64,000 nt of DNA from a bacterium (GCA_002710785.1 PAMC01000018.1:10515-74514); one strand, 5' to 3'. Positions 16,303 to 26,949 are shown, counted from the stretch's first letter. The notes: generated by a model not told the origin, from the sequence alone. Program-made: numbers and translations.

Positions 16303-17586
16303 ATGGCAGCCTTTAAAGGAGACTCGATCTTTTGGATTGAAACGCACAAGATTGTGGCCAACCCGTACCAGCCGCGGCGGGAGTTTGATGAGCAAAAACT
16401 CAAAGAGCTCTCAGAGTCGATTCGCATGTACGGCGTGTTGCAGCCGCTGACGGTGAGTCGCAAAGAAGTGACAGCTGAAGACGGCGCGTTTAAAACCGAG
16501 TACGAACTGATTGCCGGCGAGCGACGTCTGCGCGCGAGTAAGCTCGCGGGCCTCGAGCAGGTGCCGGTTATTATTCGCGAAGGGGAGGATAGTGAGCAAG
16601 AGAAACTCGAGCTCGCGATTATCGAAAACCTGCAACGCGAGGATCTTAACGCAGTTGACCGGGCGCTGGCGTTTAAGCAACTAGCTGATGTGTTTGAGCT
16701 CTCGCACAGCCAGGTCGCCAAGAAGGTGGGCCGCAGTCGGGAGTACGTCTCGAACTCCATTCGTCTCCTTAACCTACCCGACTACATGCTCGAGTCGGTG
16801 AAGACCGCCGACATCAGCGAAGGGCACGCGCGCACGCTCTTGATGCTCAATGACCGACCAGAAGAACAAGACACACTGTACCGAGAGATTCTGCTTAAGA
16901 AACTGACTGTACGTGAGGTTGAGCGCATTGCGCGCAAGATCGCAACCGACAAGGTCCGCAAGCAGCAGTGGAAGGGCACTGACCCGGAGCTCATCGAGAA
17001 AGAGAAGCAATTTACCGAGACGCTTGGCACTCGCGTGCAGCTCACGCGCACCGACTACGGTGGCAAGATTACCATCGACTACTTCTCAGACGAGGACCTC
17101 GACGTACTGCTCGAGACCTTGGCGGCACAAAAAGCGGGCCGCAGCGCACCAGCTGTATCGGCGGTGACCAGCGCTGCGACTGCGGTAGAAACCCAACCAA
17201 CCGACGAGCCGCTGGAGCAGCTCACTGAGAGCACTCCGCTCGAACCAATTGCAGCCGATGTAACGAGTGTGCCTGAGCAAGCTACTCCAGAGCCTAAACC
17301 TAACGCCACCGAACCAACTACGGAACTCGCCTCACCAGTGGAGCCAGCAGCAGGTGGCTCGTCGCTGCGCAGCAAACTCGCGAGTTTATTTAGTGATGTG
17401 CCAGCCGCCTCACAAGCCCCGACTGTCGCTCCCGAAGTGCCCGCCCCTGAACCTGATCCGCAACCAGAACCAGCTCCAGCGCCCGAGGCTAGAGATGCCG
17501 TAGCGCCTGCAGCAACGGCTAGCGAGGAGGCTAAAACAACCGACGAAGATGATGACCTTTACGGAGTAAAAAACTTTAGTGTATAG
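16303..17586 (+). CDS. parB: ParB/Spo0J-like partition protein with a long Pro/Ala/Glu-rich C-terminal tail
   Basis: N-terminal IVANPYQPRREFD, ParB box II LIAGERRLRASKLAGL, HTH region; C-terminal low-complexity PEPxP repeats. Confidence 0.75.
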   Translation: MAAFKGDSIFWIETHKIVANPYQPRREFDEQKLKELSESIRMYGVLQPLTVSRKEVTAEDGAFKTEYELIAGERRLRASKLAGLEQVPVIIREGEDSEQEKLELAIIENLQREDLNAVDRALAFKQLADVFELSHSQVAKKVGRSREYVSNSIRLLNLPDYMLESVKTADISEGHARTLLMLNDRPEEQDTLYREILLKKLTVREVERIARKIATDKVRKQQWKGTDPELIEKEKQFTETLGTRVQLTRTDYGGKITIDYFSDEDLDVLLETLAAQKAGRSAPAVSAVTSAATAVETQPTDEPLEQLTESTPLEPIAADVTSVPEQATPEPKPNATEPTTELASPVEPAAGGSSLRSKLASLFSDVPAASQAPTVAPEVPAPEPDPQPEPAPAPEARDAVAPAATASEEAKTTDEDDDLYGVKNFSV

Positions 17587-17588
17587 CG

Positions 17589-19148
17589 CTACGCCTCGGC
17601 TGCTCGCTCAAGCGCACTACGAATGCGTCGCTTAGCGAGCGAAGTTTTAGCGCCATCGAGCCACTTCTGTGTTGGTTTGGCTCCTTTGCGGGTCTCAATT
17701 TCTACAATATCACCGTTATGCAGTTCGCTATCGAGACTTACCAATTTTTGGTTTACCTTGGCACCTGACATTTTGTCGCCAATCTCGGAGTGAATCGCGT
17801 AAGCAAAATCGATCGGAGAGGCACCGCGGGGCAGGTCGACTACGTCGCCGTTGGGGGTAAAGACAAAGATCCGGTCGTGGAAGAAGTCGGTCCGCATATC
17901 GTCGACAAACTCTTGGCTGGAGCTCTTTTCGTGTGTATACATCTCGCCAATCTGGCTAATCCAGGCCGGAATCTTTTCGCGGTGTGGGGTATCTTTAGAA
18001 ATTTCTGTCTCTTGGCGCTTTTGCTCACGCCAGATAAACGGCCGAAAGAGCGACGGCGCCATTTTGCTAAACCACGAACCACCAGCCAGGTCGGTGTCCT
18101 TAGATTTGTAGATGAGGTGTGAGGCTACACCGTACTCAGCTTCGTGGTGCATGGTCTGGGTACGAATTTGGACCTCGAGAATATTCTCCGCCGGCGTGGT
18201 GACAGTGGTGTGGATCGACTGGTAGCCGTTGGGCTTCGGGAAGGCAATGTAGTCTTTCATGCGGCCCGGCAGTGGTCGCCAAATTTTGTGAATGATACCC
18301 AATGCGCGGTAACACTCCTCAACGTTAGGTACCACAACGCGCAGCGCTAAGAGGTCGTAGATAAGATCAAGGTTCCACTCTTTACGCTTGAGCTTGTGGT
18401 AGAGGCTGTACATCCCCTTAACGCGGTATGATGTTTGAAAATCGCGTAGACCAGCGTCAGCGAGCTCTTTCTGAAGACTCTTTCGCTCTTTCTCCAAGAC
18501 CTCGTCAGCTTTGCCGACCACCCGCCTGATGGTCTCTTGTACGCGCTCGTACTCCTCGGGGTAGACGTAGGGGAAGGCAAGGTCCTCGAGCTCTTTGCGA
18601 ATACGGCCCATACCGAGCCGGTGCGCGACTGGCACGTAAATTTCGAGTGTCTCGCGCGCAATACGCAGCTGCTTTTCTTCAGACACGTACTGGAGCGTCT
18701 GCATGTTGTGCAAACGGTCCACTAATTTAATGATGAGCACGCGAATGTCTTGGCTGGTCGCAACAAACAGCTTGCGCAGCGACTCGTTGTGACGGTCGGT
18801 ACCGTAGTAGCGCACTGAGGAGAGCTTGGTGACGCCCTCAACCAAAAAGAGAATTTCGTCGCCAAACTCCTCGCGGATCTGCTCGTCCGTTACCTCGGTA
18901 TCTTCGATGGTGTCGTGCAGGAGGCCAGCGGTAATGGTGCGCGGACCCATTCCCATATCAGCCAAGCGCAGCGCAACTGAGGCAACATGGCTCATGTACG
19001 GGTCACCCGAGTAGCGCTTGTGCCCCTCATGCGCGCGCTCAGCCATCTGGTAGGCCTTCTCGATAATCTTTTTGTCAGCCTCGGTTGGGTTGTTGAGGTG
19101 ACCGATGATTTCGGTTGCGGTAACCATAAATGCATTATGGTACTGCAA
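17589..19148 (-). CDS. rel: RelA/SpoT homolog (bifunctional (p)ppGpp synthetase/hydrolase), lacking the C-terminal ACT region
   Basis: HD motif HDTIEDT, synthetase domain, TGS domain (…GDVVDLPRGASPIDFAYAIHSEIG…). Confidence 0.8.
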   Translation of the reverse strand: MQYHNAFMVTATEIIGHLNNPTEADKKIIEKAYQMAERAHEGHKRYSGDPYMSHVASVALRLADMGMGPRTITAGLLHDTIEDTEVTDEQIREEFGDEILFLVEGVTKLSSVRYYGTDRHNESLRKLFVATSQDIRVLIIKLVDRLHNMQTLQYVSEEKQLRIARETLEIYVPVAHRLGMGRIRKELEDLAFPYVYPEEYERVQETIRRVVGKADEVLEKERKSLQKELADAGLRDFQTSYRVKGMYSLYHKLKRKEWNLDLIYDLLALRVVVPNVEECYRALGIIHKIWRPLPGRMKDYIAFPKPNGYQSIHTTVTTPAENILEVQIRTQTMHHEAEYGVASHLIYKSKDTDLAGGSWFSKMAPSLFRPFIWREQKRQETEISKDTPHREKIPAWISQIGEMYTHEKSSSQEFVDDMRTDFFHDRIFVFTPNGDVVDLPRGASPIDFAYAIHSEIGDKMSGAKVNQKLVSLDSELHNGDIVEIETRKGAKPTQKWLDGAKTSLAKRRIRSALERAAEA

Positions 19149-19169
19149 ATGCAGTTTGGCAAGCCCGAG

Positions 19170-21542
19170 CTACTGCTTCAACCACTCGACCGCATCTTCC
19201 ACGGTGAATTTATCGATATCTAAATCGTCAGGCAAGTTAATTCGCTTAAAGCCCTTGCGCAGGTAGCGACCCGACTTACTCCCGTACACATTGATGAGTT
19301 TGCGGGTTTTTGGGTGAATACCCACTTCTTTAACCAGCTTCTCACCCTTTCGCAGCTGCTTTGGCTCGCTGAGAATTTCCATCGCGCGCTCAAAGGTGAT
19401 GGAGTACGGATCGTCCTCTCCCTTAAGTGAGCGGAAGTCGCCGGCATGCCCGATGTACGGTCCGTACTGGCCGGTGTTAGCAATGACGGGCTCGCCGGTC
19501 TTAGGGTGTTCGCCGAGCTCACGGGGCAGCAACAAGAGCTTAACCGCCAGCTCGATCGTGACGTCCTCAGGCGATACATCTTTGGGTAGTCCGGCACGAC
19601 GTGGCTTCTCGGCTTTTTCCTTACTACCTTTCTTGCCTTTCTCTGGCGTGGCACCAAGCTGCACGTATGGTCCGTAGCGGCCGTTTAAGACAAAAATCGG
19701 CTGCCCGGTCTCAGGATGGTTTCCGATTGGCTCGTCGTCTTTGATCTCGCTACCGTCAACGAGGCGAGCGCCATCGCAGTCGGGGAATCGCTCACACGAG
19801 AGGAAGGTGCCGTTCTTGCCAAGCTTGCGCACCATGGCAGCGCCACACTCTGGGCACGGAAATTCCTTCGGGCCGGGGCCAAGGTTGGTGAGTTTCTCGA
19901 TGTCCTCCTTGGCAGCGACCGCTTTGTGGAAAGGTTTGTAGAAGTCGCTGAGCGTCTTCTGGTATTTGCGCTCACCGGTGGCGATATCGTCGAGCTGATC
20001 TTCCATCTCACTGGTAAAATCGTCGTCGATGTAGTCGGCAAAGTGCTCTTCGAGGAAGCTCGACACAACGTCGCCGGTGTCGGTTGGAATGAGCGTACGC
20101 CCGTCTTTCTCGACGTAGCCACGGTCGATGATGGTCTTCATGATCGAGGCATACGTTGATGGGCGGCCAATACCACGCTTCTCGAGCTCTTTAATGAGAC
20201 CAGCTTCCGTGTAGCGATTGGGCGGCTGCGTTTCTTTAGCTTCAATGTCGACATCAGAAACTGCCAGCGCCTCACCTGCTGTCACCTTCGGTACTTCCGT
20301 GTCCTCACCGCGCGCAGCTGGGTCCACCTTAAGCCAGCCATCAAATACCACGCGCGAGCCGTTCACCGCAAAGTCAGGAATCGACTCTGTTGCTCCCGTA
20401 ACGTTCGCGAGTACTTTCGTGCGCTCTAGTTTAGCGTCGGTCATCTGCGAGGCAACGGCCCGGGCCCAGATAAGCTCGTAGAGTGCTTTTTGGTCAGCTG
20501 TGGCACCGGCTTGCTGCTTGGCAAAGTTGGTCGGCCGAATTGCCTCGTGCGCTTCCTGCGCTGCTTTGCTTTTGGTGCTGTACGTACGTGGGGCGACGTA
20601 CTCCTTGCCGTACTCATTGTGCACGAGAGCAATAATTTGCTTCTGCGCGATATCACTCATGTTAGTGCTGTCGGTACGCATGTAGGTGATGTGCCCAGCC
20701 TCGTACAGTTTCTGTGCCGCGCCCATGGTACGGCTTGGGGTAAAACCAAGACGGGTTGAGGCTGTTTGCTGCATGGTTGAGGTGGTAAACGGTGCACGAG
20801 GACTACGCTTAGCCTCACTCTCCTTAACCCCAACAATCTGCCAGTCGTGTGACTCACCGACTGCTTTAATACGCTCGGCCTCTTTGGCTTCACCAGGCTC
20901 TTCAACACAAGTGAACGGTACGGCCTTTTTGTCGATCGTGCAGTTGGCTGTGAGTACGAAGTAGTCATCTGGTTTAAAGGCACGGATTTCTCGCTCGCGC
21001 TCCATCACAATGCGCAGTGCTGGCGACTGCACGCGCCCGGCTGAGAGCCCGTAGCGAACCTTCTTCCAAATCAGCCCAGAGAGATCGTATCCGACCAAAC
21101 GGTCGAGGACGCGACGGGCCTCTTGAGCCTCTCGCAAGTGGGTATCAATTTTGCGGGGGTGCTTAATCGCCTCGGTCACCGCTGGTTCGGTAATTTCGTG
21201 AAAGACCACGCGTTTGAGGTTTTTGTTGGTGTCTTTTAGTAGCTCAGCGACGTGCCAGGCGATGGCCTCACCCTCGCGGTCGGGGTCAGAGGCCAGCAGG
21301 ACCTCGTCGACTTTTTTGGCTGCTTTCTGTAGCTCTTCAATCACTTTTTCTTTGCCGGGCGAGATGATGTAGCGCGGCACGAACCCGCCATCGATATCGA
21401 CCGCGTCCTTATTGCTCTTGGGGAGGTCGCGTACGTGCCCAATCGAGGACTTTACGGTGTATCCATCACCCAAATATTTTTCGATAGTCTTGGCTTTGGC
21501 AGGTGACTCAACGATCACCAACGTGCCTTTTTTGCTATTCAT
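19170..21542 (-). CDS. topA: DNA topoisomerase I
   Basis: TOPRIM LVIVESPAKAKTIEKYLG, topoisomerase IA core, C-terminal zinc ribbon CPECG…C..C. Start reassigned to MNSKKGT. Confidence 0.9.
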   Translation of the reverse strand: MNSKKGTLVIVESPAKAKTIEKYLGDGYTVKSSIGHVRDLPKSNKDAVDIDGGFVPRYIISPGKEKVIEELQKAAKKVDEVLLASDPDREGEAIAWHVAELLKDTNKNLKRVVFHEITEPAVTEAIKHPRKIDTHLREAQEARRVLDRLVGYDLSGLIWKKVRYGLSAGRVQSPALRIVMEREREIRAFKPDDYFVLTANCTIDKKAVPFTCVEEPGEAKEAERIKAVGESHDWQIVGVKESEAKRSPRAPFTTSTMQQTASTRLGFTPSRTMGAAQKLYEAGHITYMRTDSTNMSDIAQKQIIALVHNEYGKEYVAPRTYSTKSKAAQEAHEAIRPTNFAKQQAGATADQKALYELIWARAVASQMTDAKLERTKVLANVTGATESIPDFAVNGSRVVFDGWLKVDPAARGEDTEVPKVTAGEALAVSDVDIEAKETQPPNRYTEAGLIKELEKRGIGRPSTYASIMKTIIDRGYVEKDGRTLIPTDTGDVVSSFLEEHFADYIDDDFTSEMEDQLDDIATGERKYQKTLSDFYKPFHKAVAAKEDIEKLTNLGPGPKEFPCPECGAAMVRKLGKNGTFLSCERFPDCDGARLVDGSEIKDDEPIGNHPETGQPIFVLNGRYGPYVQLGATPEKGKKGSKEKAEKPRRAGLPKDVSPEDVTIELAVKLLLLPRELGEHPKTGEPVIANTGQYGPYIGHAGDFRSLKGEDDPYSITFERAMEILSEPKQLRKGEKLVKEVGIHPKTRKLINVYGSKSGRYLRKGFKRINLPDDLDIDKFTVEDAVEWLKQ

Positions 21543-21850
21543 CCCGCTAGAGATTAGAAAGTTAGACTCTGCTTGAAATAAATATTTCCCAAACAGGTAT
21601 ATCAAACAGCTAATAATTTGAACCCGTACTGAAACCAAAGGTTTTGATCTCTAACGGTACTCATGTCCGCTAACAAATACTACCGATACATATATATGTC
21701 AAACCCAACCCTTACTTTTGTGAAGTGGAACGTTACTGTTTTATGTGTACTCATCAAAGAATCTATCAACCTTCTACCCACTATTTTATTAGACAAATCT
21801 TTTCCACAGGCTACATCACAAAAGTAAGAGTGGGTTCAAACCATAACCAC

Positions 21851-22717
21851 TCACAACCGCCGATAGACGCCGTCAGTTTCGGCTACGTGGCCAGTAAGCT
21901 CAAGCTCCATCAAGAGTACGTTTGCCTGTTCAGTCGGCAGGCTACTGCGGCGGATGAGCTCATCTTTTTCGAGTGGCTCGCTGAGTAAACTAAGTAGCGC
22001 TTGGGCGGCGGGCGCGACAGCGCCCGCCGCCGGATCTGCTGCCAGGTGCGCAGCCGGCGTGGGTGTCAGGCGCAGCGCATCAATAACATCATTTGCTTCG
22101 GTCAAGGGTGCTGCGCCGAGCTTGAGAAACTGGTTCGTCCCGCGGCTCATGGGCGAAAAGATGTCACCGGGTACGACAAACAACTCGCGGTTGTAGTCGG
22201 TTGCCATTCGCGCCGTAATCAGCGAGCCAGACTGCTCAGCTGCTTCGATAATGATGGTGGCGTCACACAGCCCACAGACAATCCGGTTGCGCTGCGGGAA
22301 GGTCCAGCGTGCGACGCGTTGAGTAGCTGGAAACTCAGACAGGAGCGCACCACCCGCTTCGAGTATGCGGTAGGCCAAGCGTTTATGTCGGGCGGGGTAG
22401 AGGACACTGTCGTCTAAGCCGCCACCCGGCACCGCTAGAGTGTAGAGCTGGTGGCGTAGCGCTGCTTCGTGCGCGAGCCCGTCGATACCAATCGCAAGCC
22501 CCGAGACAATACCAACCTGGTAGCCAGCCAGGCCGGCAATAATGTGCTCGACGACGGCCTTGCCGTAGCTGGTGTACTGCCGCGAGCCAACGACCGCGAT
22601 GAGCGGCACGTCGGTGGGTGGCAGGGTGCCACGGTAGTTAAGCTCTTTTGGCGGTTGCGGAATTTCTTTGAGCAGCGCCGGGACAGTGTTTAAGGTCTCT
22701 ATCGGATACGTCTCCAT
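21851..22717 (-). CDS. dprA: DNA processing protein DprA/Smf
   Basis: VGSRQYTSYGK…GLAIGIDGLAHEAAL Rossmann-like DprA signature. Confidence 0.8.
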   Translation of the reverse strand: METYPIETLNTVPALLKEIPQPPKELNYRGTLPPTDVPLIAVVGSRQYTSYGKAVVEHIIAGLAGYQVGIVSGLAIGIDGLAHEAALRHQLYTLAVPGGGLDDSVLYPARHKRLAYRILEAGGALLSEFPATQRVARWTFPQRNRIVCGLCDATIIIEAAEQSGSLITARMATDYNRELFVVPGDIFSPMSRGTNQFLKLGAAPLTEANDVIDALRLTPTPAAHLAADPAAGAVAPAAQALLSLLSEPLEKDELIRRSSLPTEQANVLLMELELTGHVAETDGVYRRL

Positions 22718-22779
22718 ACACTAAATAGTAGCGCAGATCATCTTTGTTTTAGAGGTGGATGCGGTATAATCGAGCCACT

Positions 22780-24051
22780 ATGTTGGATATTAAGTTTATT
22801 CGGGAAAACCTCGAGCTAGTGGAAATGGCCGCTGCTAAGAAGCATATAGCGGTGGACCTCAAACGGCTTATTAAGCTCGATGATGAGCGGCGTGAGATTA
22901 CGCAGCGTCTGGAAGAGAAGCGTGCGGAGCAGAACAAAGTCTCAGAGCAAATTCCGAGCGCGAGCGCAGAAGAGAAGCAGTCGCTCATTGCGAGCATGCA
23001 AGAGGTAAAGACGGCCGTACAGGCCGACGAGGAGGCGCTCAGGCCAGTTATGGAAGAGTGGCGCACGCTCATGTTGCAGGTGCCACAAATTCCCGATATG
23101 ACGGTCCCGGAGGGTGAGAGCGACGAGGATAATGAGGAGGTGCGCACCTGGGGTGAGCAAACGACTTTCGACTTCGAGCCCAAAGATCACATCGAGCTCA
23201 TGACCGCACTTAAGATGGTTGACTTCGAGCGCGGTACCAAAGTGCACGGCTTTCGGGGTTACTACCTCTTGGGCGACGGTGCTCGTCTCACCTGGGCTAT
23301 CTGGAACTACGCCAACCAGTTTTTTATGGAGAAAGGATTTACTCCGATGATTCCACCGACCATCGTCCGCAAAGAGAACTTCTACGGCACCGGCCACTTG
23401 CCAAACGAAGCAGAAGACCTCTACGAAACCCAAGACGGCGACAGCTTAACCGGCACGAGCGAGGTCTCTGCCATGGGGTACTACCGAGACGAGATACTCG
23501 ACAAAGCCCAGCTGCCAACGACGTTTCTAGCATTCTCTCCATGTTACCGGCGCGAGGCGGGGAGTCATGGTAAAGACACAAAAGGTCTCATCCGCGTACA
23601 TGAGTTTTACAAGCTCGAGCAGGTGGTACTCTGCGAAGCCTCACACGAAGAGAGTGTGCGCTGGCACGAGCAGATTACCGCTAACTCAGAAGAGTTTATG
23701 CAGTCGCTTGGTATTCCGTACCACGTTGTCGTTAATTGTGGTGGCGACTTAGGGCAAGGACAGGTCAAGAAATACGACATCGAAGCCTGGGTCCCGAAGG
23801 AAGGTAAGTATCGTGAGACCCATTCATCTTCGTACTTCCACGATTTTCAAACCCGACGCTTTAACATCCGCTACAAAGACGAAGATGGTACTGTGCGCTA
23901 CGCTCACTCGCTCAACAACACCGCCATCGCAGCACCGCGCATCCTCGTTTCTTTGCTAGAAAACTTCCAGCAAGCCGACGGAAGCATCGCCATTCCCGCA
24001 CCGTTAGTACCGTTTTTCGGGAAAGATCGGATCGAGCTGCCGACTCGCTGA
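22780..24051 (+). CDS. serS: Seryl-tRNA synthetase
   Basis: N-terminal coiled coil MLDIKFIREN, class II aaRS motifs, full length; ends with TGA. Confidence 0.9.
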   Translation: MLDIKFIRENLELVEMAAAKKHIAVDLKRLIKLDDERREITQRLEEKRAEQNKVSEQIPSASAEEKQSLIASMQEVKTAVQADEEALRPVMEEWRTLMLQVPQIPDMTVPEGESDEDNEEVRTWGEQTTFDFEPKDHIELMTALKMVDFERGTKVHGFRGYYLLGDGARLTWAIWNYANQFFMEKGFTPMIPPTIVRKENFYGTGHLPNEAEDLYETQDGDSLTGTSEVSAMGYYRDEILDKAQLPTTFLAFSPCYRREAGSHGKDTKGLIRVHEFYKLEQVVLCEASHEESVRWHEQITANSEEFMQSLGIPYHVVVNCGGDLGQGQVKKYDIEAWVPKEGKYRETHSSSYFHDFQTRRFNIRYKDEDGTVRYAHSLNNTAIAAPRILVSLLENFQQADGSIAIPAPLVPFFGKDRIELPTR

Positions 24052-24070
24052 CGTGCTACCATAGGCCCGT

Positions 24071-24937
24071 ATGAGCAGATGGGCCAAAACCAAACGAACA
24101 CAGCGTACCAGCGACCCAGCCAAGCGTATGATCGTGCGGCAGGTCATCATCGGTGTCTTGCTGCTGGCACTTTTAGCACTCGCTGTAACTGGTGTGTGGC
24201 ATCTAACCCGCGCGCCTGCGCTCACGATAAGCGAGGTCACCGCCGCAGGCGGCCTCACTATAGCTCCAGCTACGGTGGTTGAGACTGTCGAAGCGGAGCT
24301 GGTTGGTACCTACTACCGCCTGATCCCCAAGCGCTTTAGCTACCTCTACCCCAAAGGTCGTATGCTCGAGCGCCTAGAGCAGATTCCGCGCATTAAAGAT
24401 TTTGCTATCAAGCGCACGGAGCGCACGAAGCTCCACATTACGTTTACCGAGTACGAACCGTACGCACTGTGGTGTGATGGTGAGGAACGCAACTGCGTAT
24501 TTATAGACGACACCGGCTACGGATTTGCAGACGCCCCAGAGCTCTCGGGCGGAACGTTTATCCGCTACCAAAATGCGTCGCAGGCGCCGGCTGTTGGGCA
24601 GGCGGGTGTTCCTTCTACCGTCTTACTCACTGCGTCGAGTTTTGTCGATACTGCCAGTGCAGCGTTTGGCTTCCGTCCACAGACCGTTTGGTTTGACGAT
24701 CGCGACGTTGTCTACCGACTCGGCGGCGGTGGCGAAATTCGCACCAGTCGCGCCGATACACTCGGCACCACCCTCGCCAATTTGGAAACCATTCTCGCCA
24801 GCGAGCAGTTTGCTCATCTAGCGCCAGGCAATTTTGAGTACATCGACCTCCGCTACGGCAACAAGGTGTTTGTGCAAGAAGCGGTACTAGAAGTGGCAAC
24901 CAGCACCTCTAGTTCGACACAACCAGTAGGCGAGTGA
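24071..24937 (+). CDS. ftsQ: FtsQ/DivIB-like cell-division protein (POTRA domain)
   Basis: Short cytoplasmic N-terminus, one TM, POTRA-like region, and the C-terminal …IDLRYGNKVFVQ typical of FtsQ. Confidence 0.55.
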   Translation: MSRWAKTKRTQRTSDPAKRMIVRQVIIGVLLLALLALAVTGVWHLTRAPALTISEVTAAGGLTIAPATVVETVEAELVGTYYRLIPKRFSYLYPKGRMLERLEQIPRIKDFAIKRTERTKLHITFTEYEPYALWCDGEERNCVFIDDTGYGFADAPELSGGTFIRYQNASQAPAVGQAGVPSTVLLTASSFVDTASAAFGFRPQTVWFDDRDVVYRLGGGGEIRTSRADTLGTTLANLETILASEQFAHLAPGNFEYIDLRYGNKVFVQEAVLEVATSTSSSTQPVGE

Positions 24938-24940
24938 CGG

Positions 24941-24978
24941 CTCACAAAATACCTCAGTTAACTGAGGTATTTTGTGAG
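24941..24978. repeat. Perfect 19+19 bp palindrome CTCACAAAATACCTCAGTT|AACTGAGGTATTTTGTGAG, 4 nt after the ftsQ-like stop
   Basis: Seen directly; no loop; GTTAAC at the centre; no flanking U-tract. Confidence 0.6.
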
Positions 24979-25269
24979 CAACAAAAAAGCCGCGGTCAGA
25001 AACCGCAGCATCCAAGTGACTTACCCCTCCGCGCTCTTTTTTCGAACCCCTTCTAGATGTTGGACGATTTGAGTTGTTGCCCAAATCAGAGTGCCAAACA
25101 GAGCAAGTGGAAAGGACAAAGAAGCTTTCGGATTCGAGCTGCTTACTCGTCCATTCAGGGAATACCTTGTAGAAAAAAGGAATCGTCACAAATCCAGTCA
25201 GGTATAGCCAAAGGTGTGACATTGCTGAGCCCTTGCATTGTTGTGTCTGGTTTGTACAATGCCACGACT

Positions 25270-26352
25270 ATGAACTTCTGGCAACAGCTCGAAAAACCGT
25301 TTTTAGCGGTAGCGCCGATGGCGGACGTGACCGACGCGGCTTTTCGCCGTCTAATTGCAAAATACTCAGAGTTTCCTGGCCGGAGCGACGTTGTCATGTG
25401 GACGGAATTTGTCGCGGCTGACGGCCTGGTGCGCGCCACCCCCGAAGGCAAGGAGAAGCTGATGGCTGATCTTATATATACCGACGAGGAGCGACCAATC
25501 GTGGCGCAGCTTTTCTCCAGCACACCGGAGCATATGGAGTACGCTGCGAAGCTATGTCTTGAGTTAGGGTTTGACGGCATCGACATTAACATGGGTTGCC
25601 CCGACCGCTCGATTGAGAAACAGGGTTGTGGCTCAGCCATGATCAAGACGCCCGACGTGGCCCTTGAGGTTATCGCGGCGGCAAAGCGAGGCGCCAAGAG
25701 CGAGAAAGGTGGTATTCCGGTGAGCGTAAAGACTCGCTTGGGGTACCTCGAAGACGAGGTTGAGACTTGGATACCAACGCTCTTACGGGCAGCGCCGGCG
25801 GCCCTTACCATCCATGCGCGTACGCGCAAAGACATGAGCAAAGTACCAGCCCGCTGGGAACGTATTGCGCGCGTCGTGGAGCTGCGCGATGCGCTCAGCC
25901 CCGACACGAAAATAATTGGCAATGGCGATGTCTTGAGCCAGGCTGATGCAGCGCAAAAGCTTGCTGCGTGCGGCGCCGACGGCGCTATGGTCGGCCGCGC
26001 GCTGTTTGGTAACCCATGGTTTTTTCACCCCACGAAGCGTGTGCCGCTCAAGCTCTTGGCCTTGCCAACGCATGGCGTTAACCGCGATGAGATTATTGTG
26101 GCTGATAAGAGTGAAGTAGGTGTGAAGTACGTCTCCATGGAGGAGCGCTTGCGAGTGATGGTCGAGCACAGCTACCTCTTTGCTGAGCTCCTGCCATTTA
26201 AAAGTTTTGCCACCATGAAAAAGCACTACAAAGCCTACGTGCACGGCTTTCCGGGCGCAGCGCAGCTGCGGGCTCGGTTGATGGAGGAGGGCAACTCGCC
26301 AGACAAAGTTGAAGTAGTTGTTTTAGATTTCATTGCAGAAATTAATAATTGA
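25270..26352 (+). CDS. dus: tRNA-dihydrouridine synthase
   Basis: FLAVAPMADVTD, TIM-barrel Dus motifs; start at the internal ATG (MNFWQQLEKPF). Confidence 0.8.
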   Translation: MNFWQQLEKPFLAVAPMADVTDAAFRRLIAKYSEFPGRSDVVMWTEFVAADGLVRATPEGKEKLMADLIYTDEERPIVAQLFSSTPEHMEYAAKLCLELGFDGIDINMGCPDRSIEKQGCGSAMIKTPDVALEVIAAAKRGAKSEKGGIPVSVKTRLGYLEDEVETWIPTLLRAAPAALTIHARTRKDMSKVPARWERIARVVELRDALSPDTKIIGNGDVLSQADAAQKLAACGADGAMVGRALFGNPWFFHPTKRVPLKLLALPTHGVNRDEIIVADKSEVGVKYVSMEERLRVMVEHSYLFAELLPFKSFATMKKHYKAYVHGFPGAAQLRARLMEEGNSPDKVEVVVLDFIAEINN

Positions 26353-26388
26353 CGTAATCTAGTCTCAGCACAAAAAGGAGATAGAAGG

Positions 26389-26949
26389 TTGATCTCTAAA
26401 TCGTTAAAGCACCACCGCCTAGTGATCGAGAGTAACGCTCTTGAAGGCATAAGCGCGGTCAAGGGTCTGTACTATGAGGCACATATGCGTGCGGCCTGCC
26501 AGGTCGAAGTTTCGCCACACTACTACCTGAGTAAACCACTGGAGCTCCATAAACTCTTTAGAGGTGTTCTTGAGATCGGTGTTGTGGCCGGCCAGTACCG
26601 AAGCAGTGAAGCATTCGTGACCAACCAGCCATTGCCGAGCCCGACCGCTGTTCCGATTTTGATGGAAGAATGGCTAGCGCAAGTAAGTCGGTCGCTAGAT
26701 GTCTGCAAATCAGGTTCGGCGGATGCTTTGCAGTCTGCTCATATTGTTCATTACGAGTTCCTGTGCATACATCCTTTCGGCGACGGTAACGGACGATGTG
26801 CCCGATTACTAATGAACGCATTCTTGGGTGCTCTGGATCTGCCTTGGTATATCGTCGACCAAGACGGTAAGTCAGAGTACCTAAGCACTTTGCGTAGATA
26901 TGAAAATCGAGACTTCCGCCCAAAACACTTGCAACACTATGCGGCCTAG
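26389..26949 (+). CDS. Fic-domain protein (class II, with an N-terminal SxxxEG inhibitory motif)
   Basis: Fic motif HPFGDGNGRCARLL; N-terminal SNALEG matches the [ST]xxxE[GN] inhibitory helix; TTG start. Confidence 0.7.
   Translation: MISKSLKHHRLVIESNALEGISAVKGLYYEAHMRAACQVEVSPHYYLSKPLELHKLFRGVLEIGVVAGQYRSSEAFVTNQPLPSPTAVPILMEEWLAQVSRSLDVCKSGSADALQSAHIVHYEFLCIHPFGDGNGRCARLLMNAFLGALDLPWYIVDQDGKSEYLSTLRRYENRDFRPKHLQHYAA

Noticed and set aside
16257-16760. 167-aa minus-strand ORF inside parB, and similar long antisense ORFs inside topA, dus, the M14 gene and the pyruvate kinase gene (e.g. 19220..19657, 25155..25922, 33272..33913, 36516..37427)
   Set aside because: All are antisense to strongly supported genes in a GC-rich background, with low-complexity Ser/Arg/Ala-rich translations.
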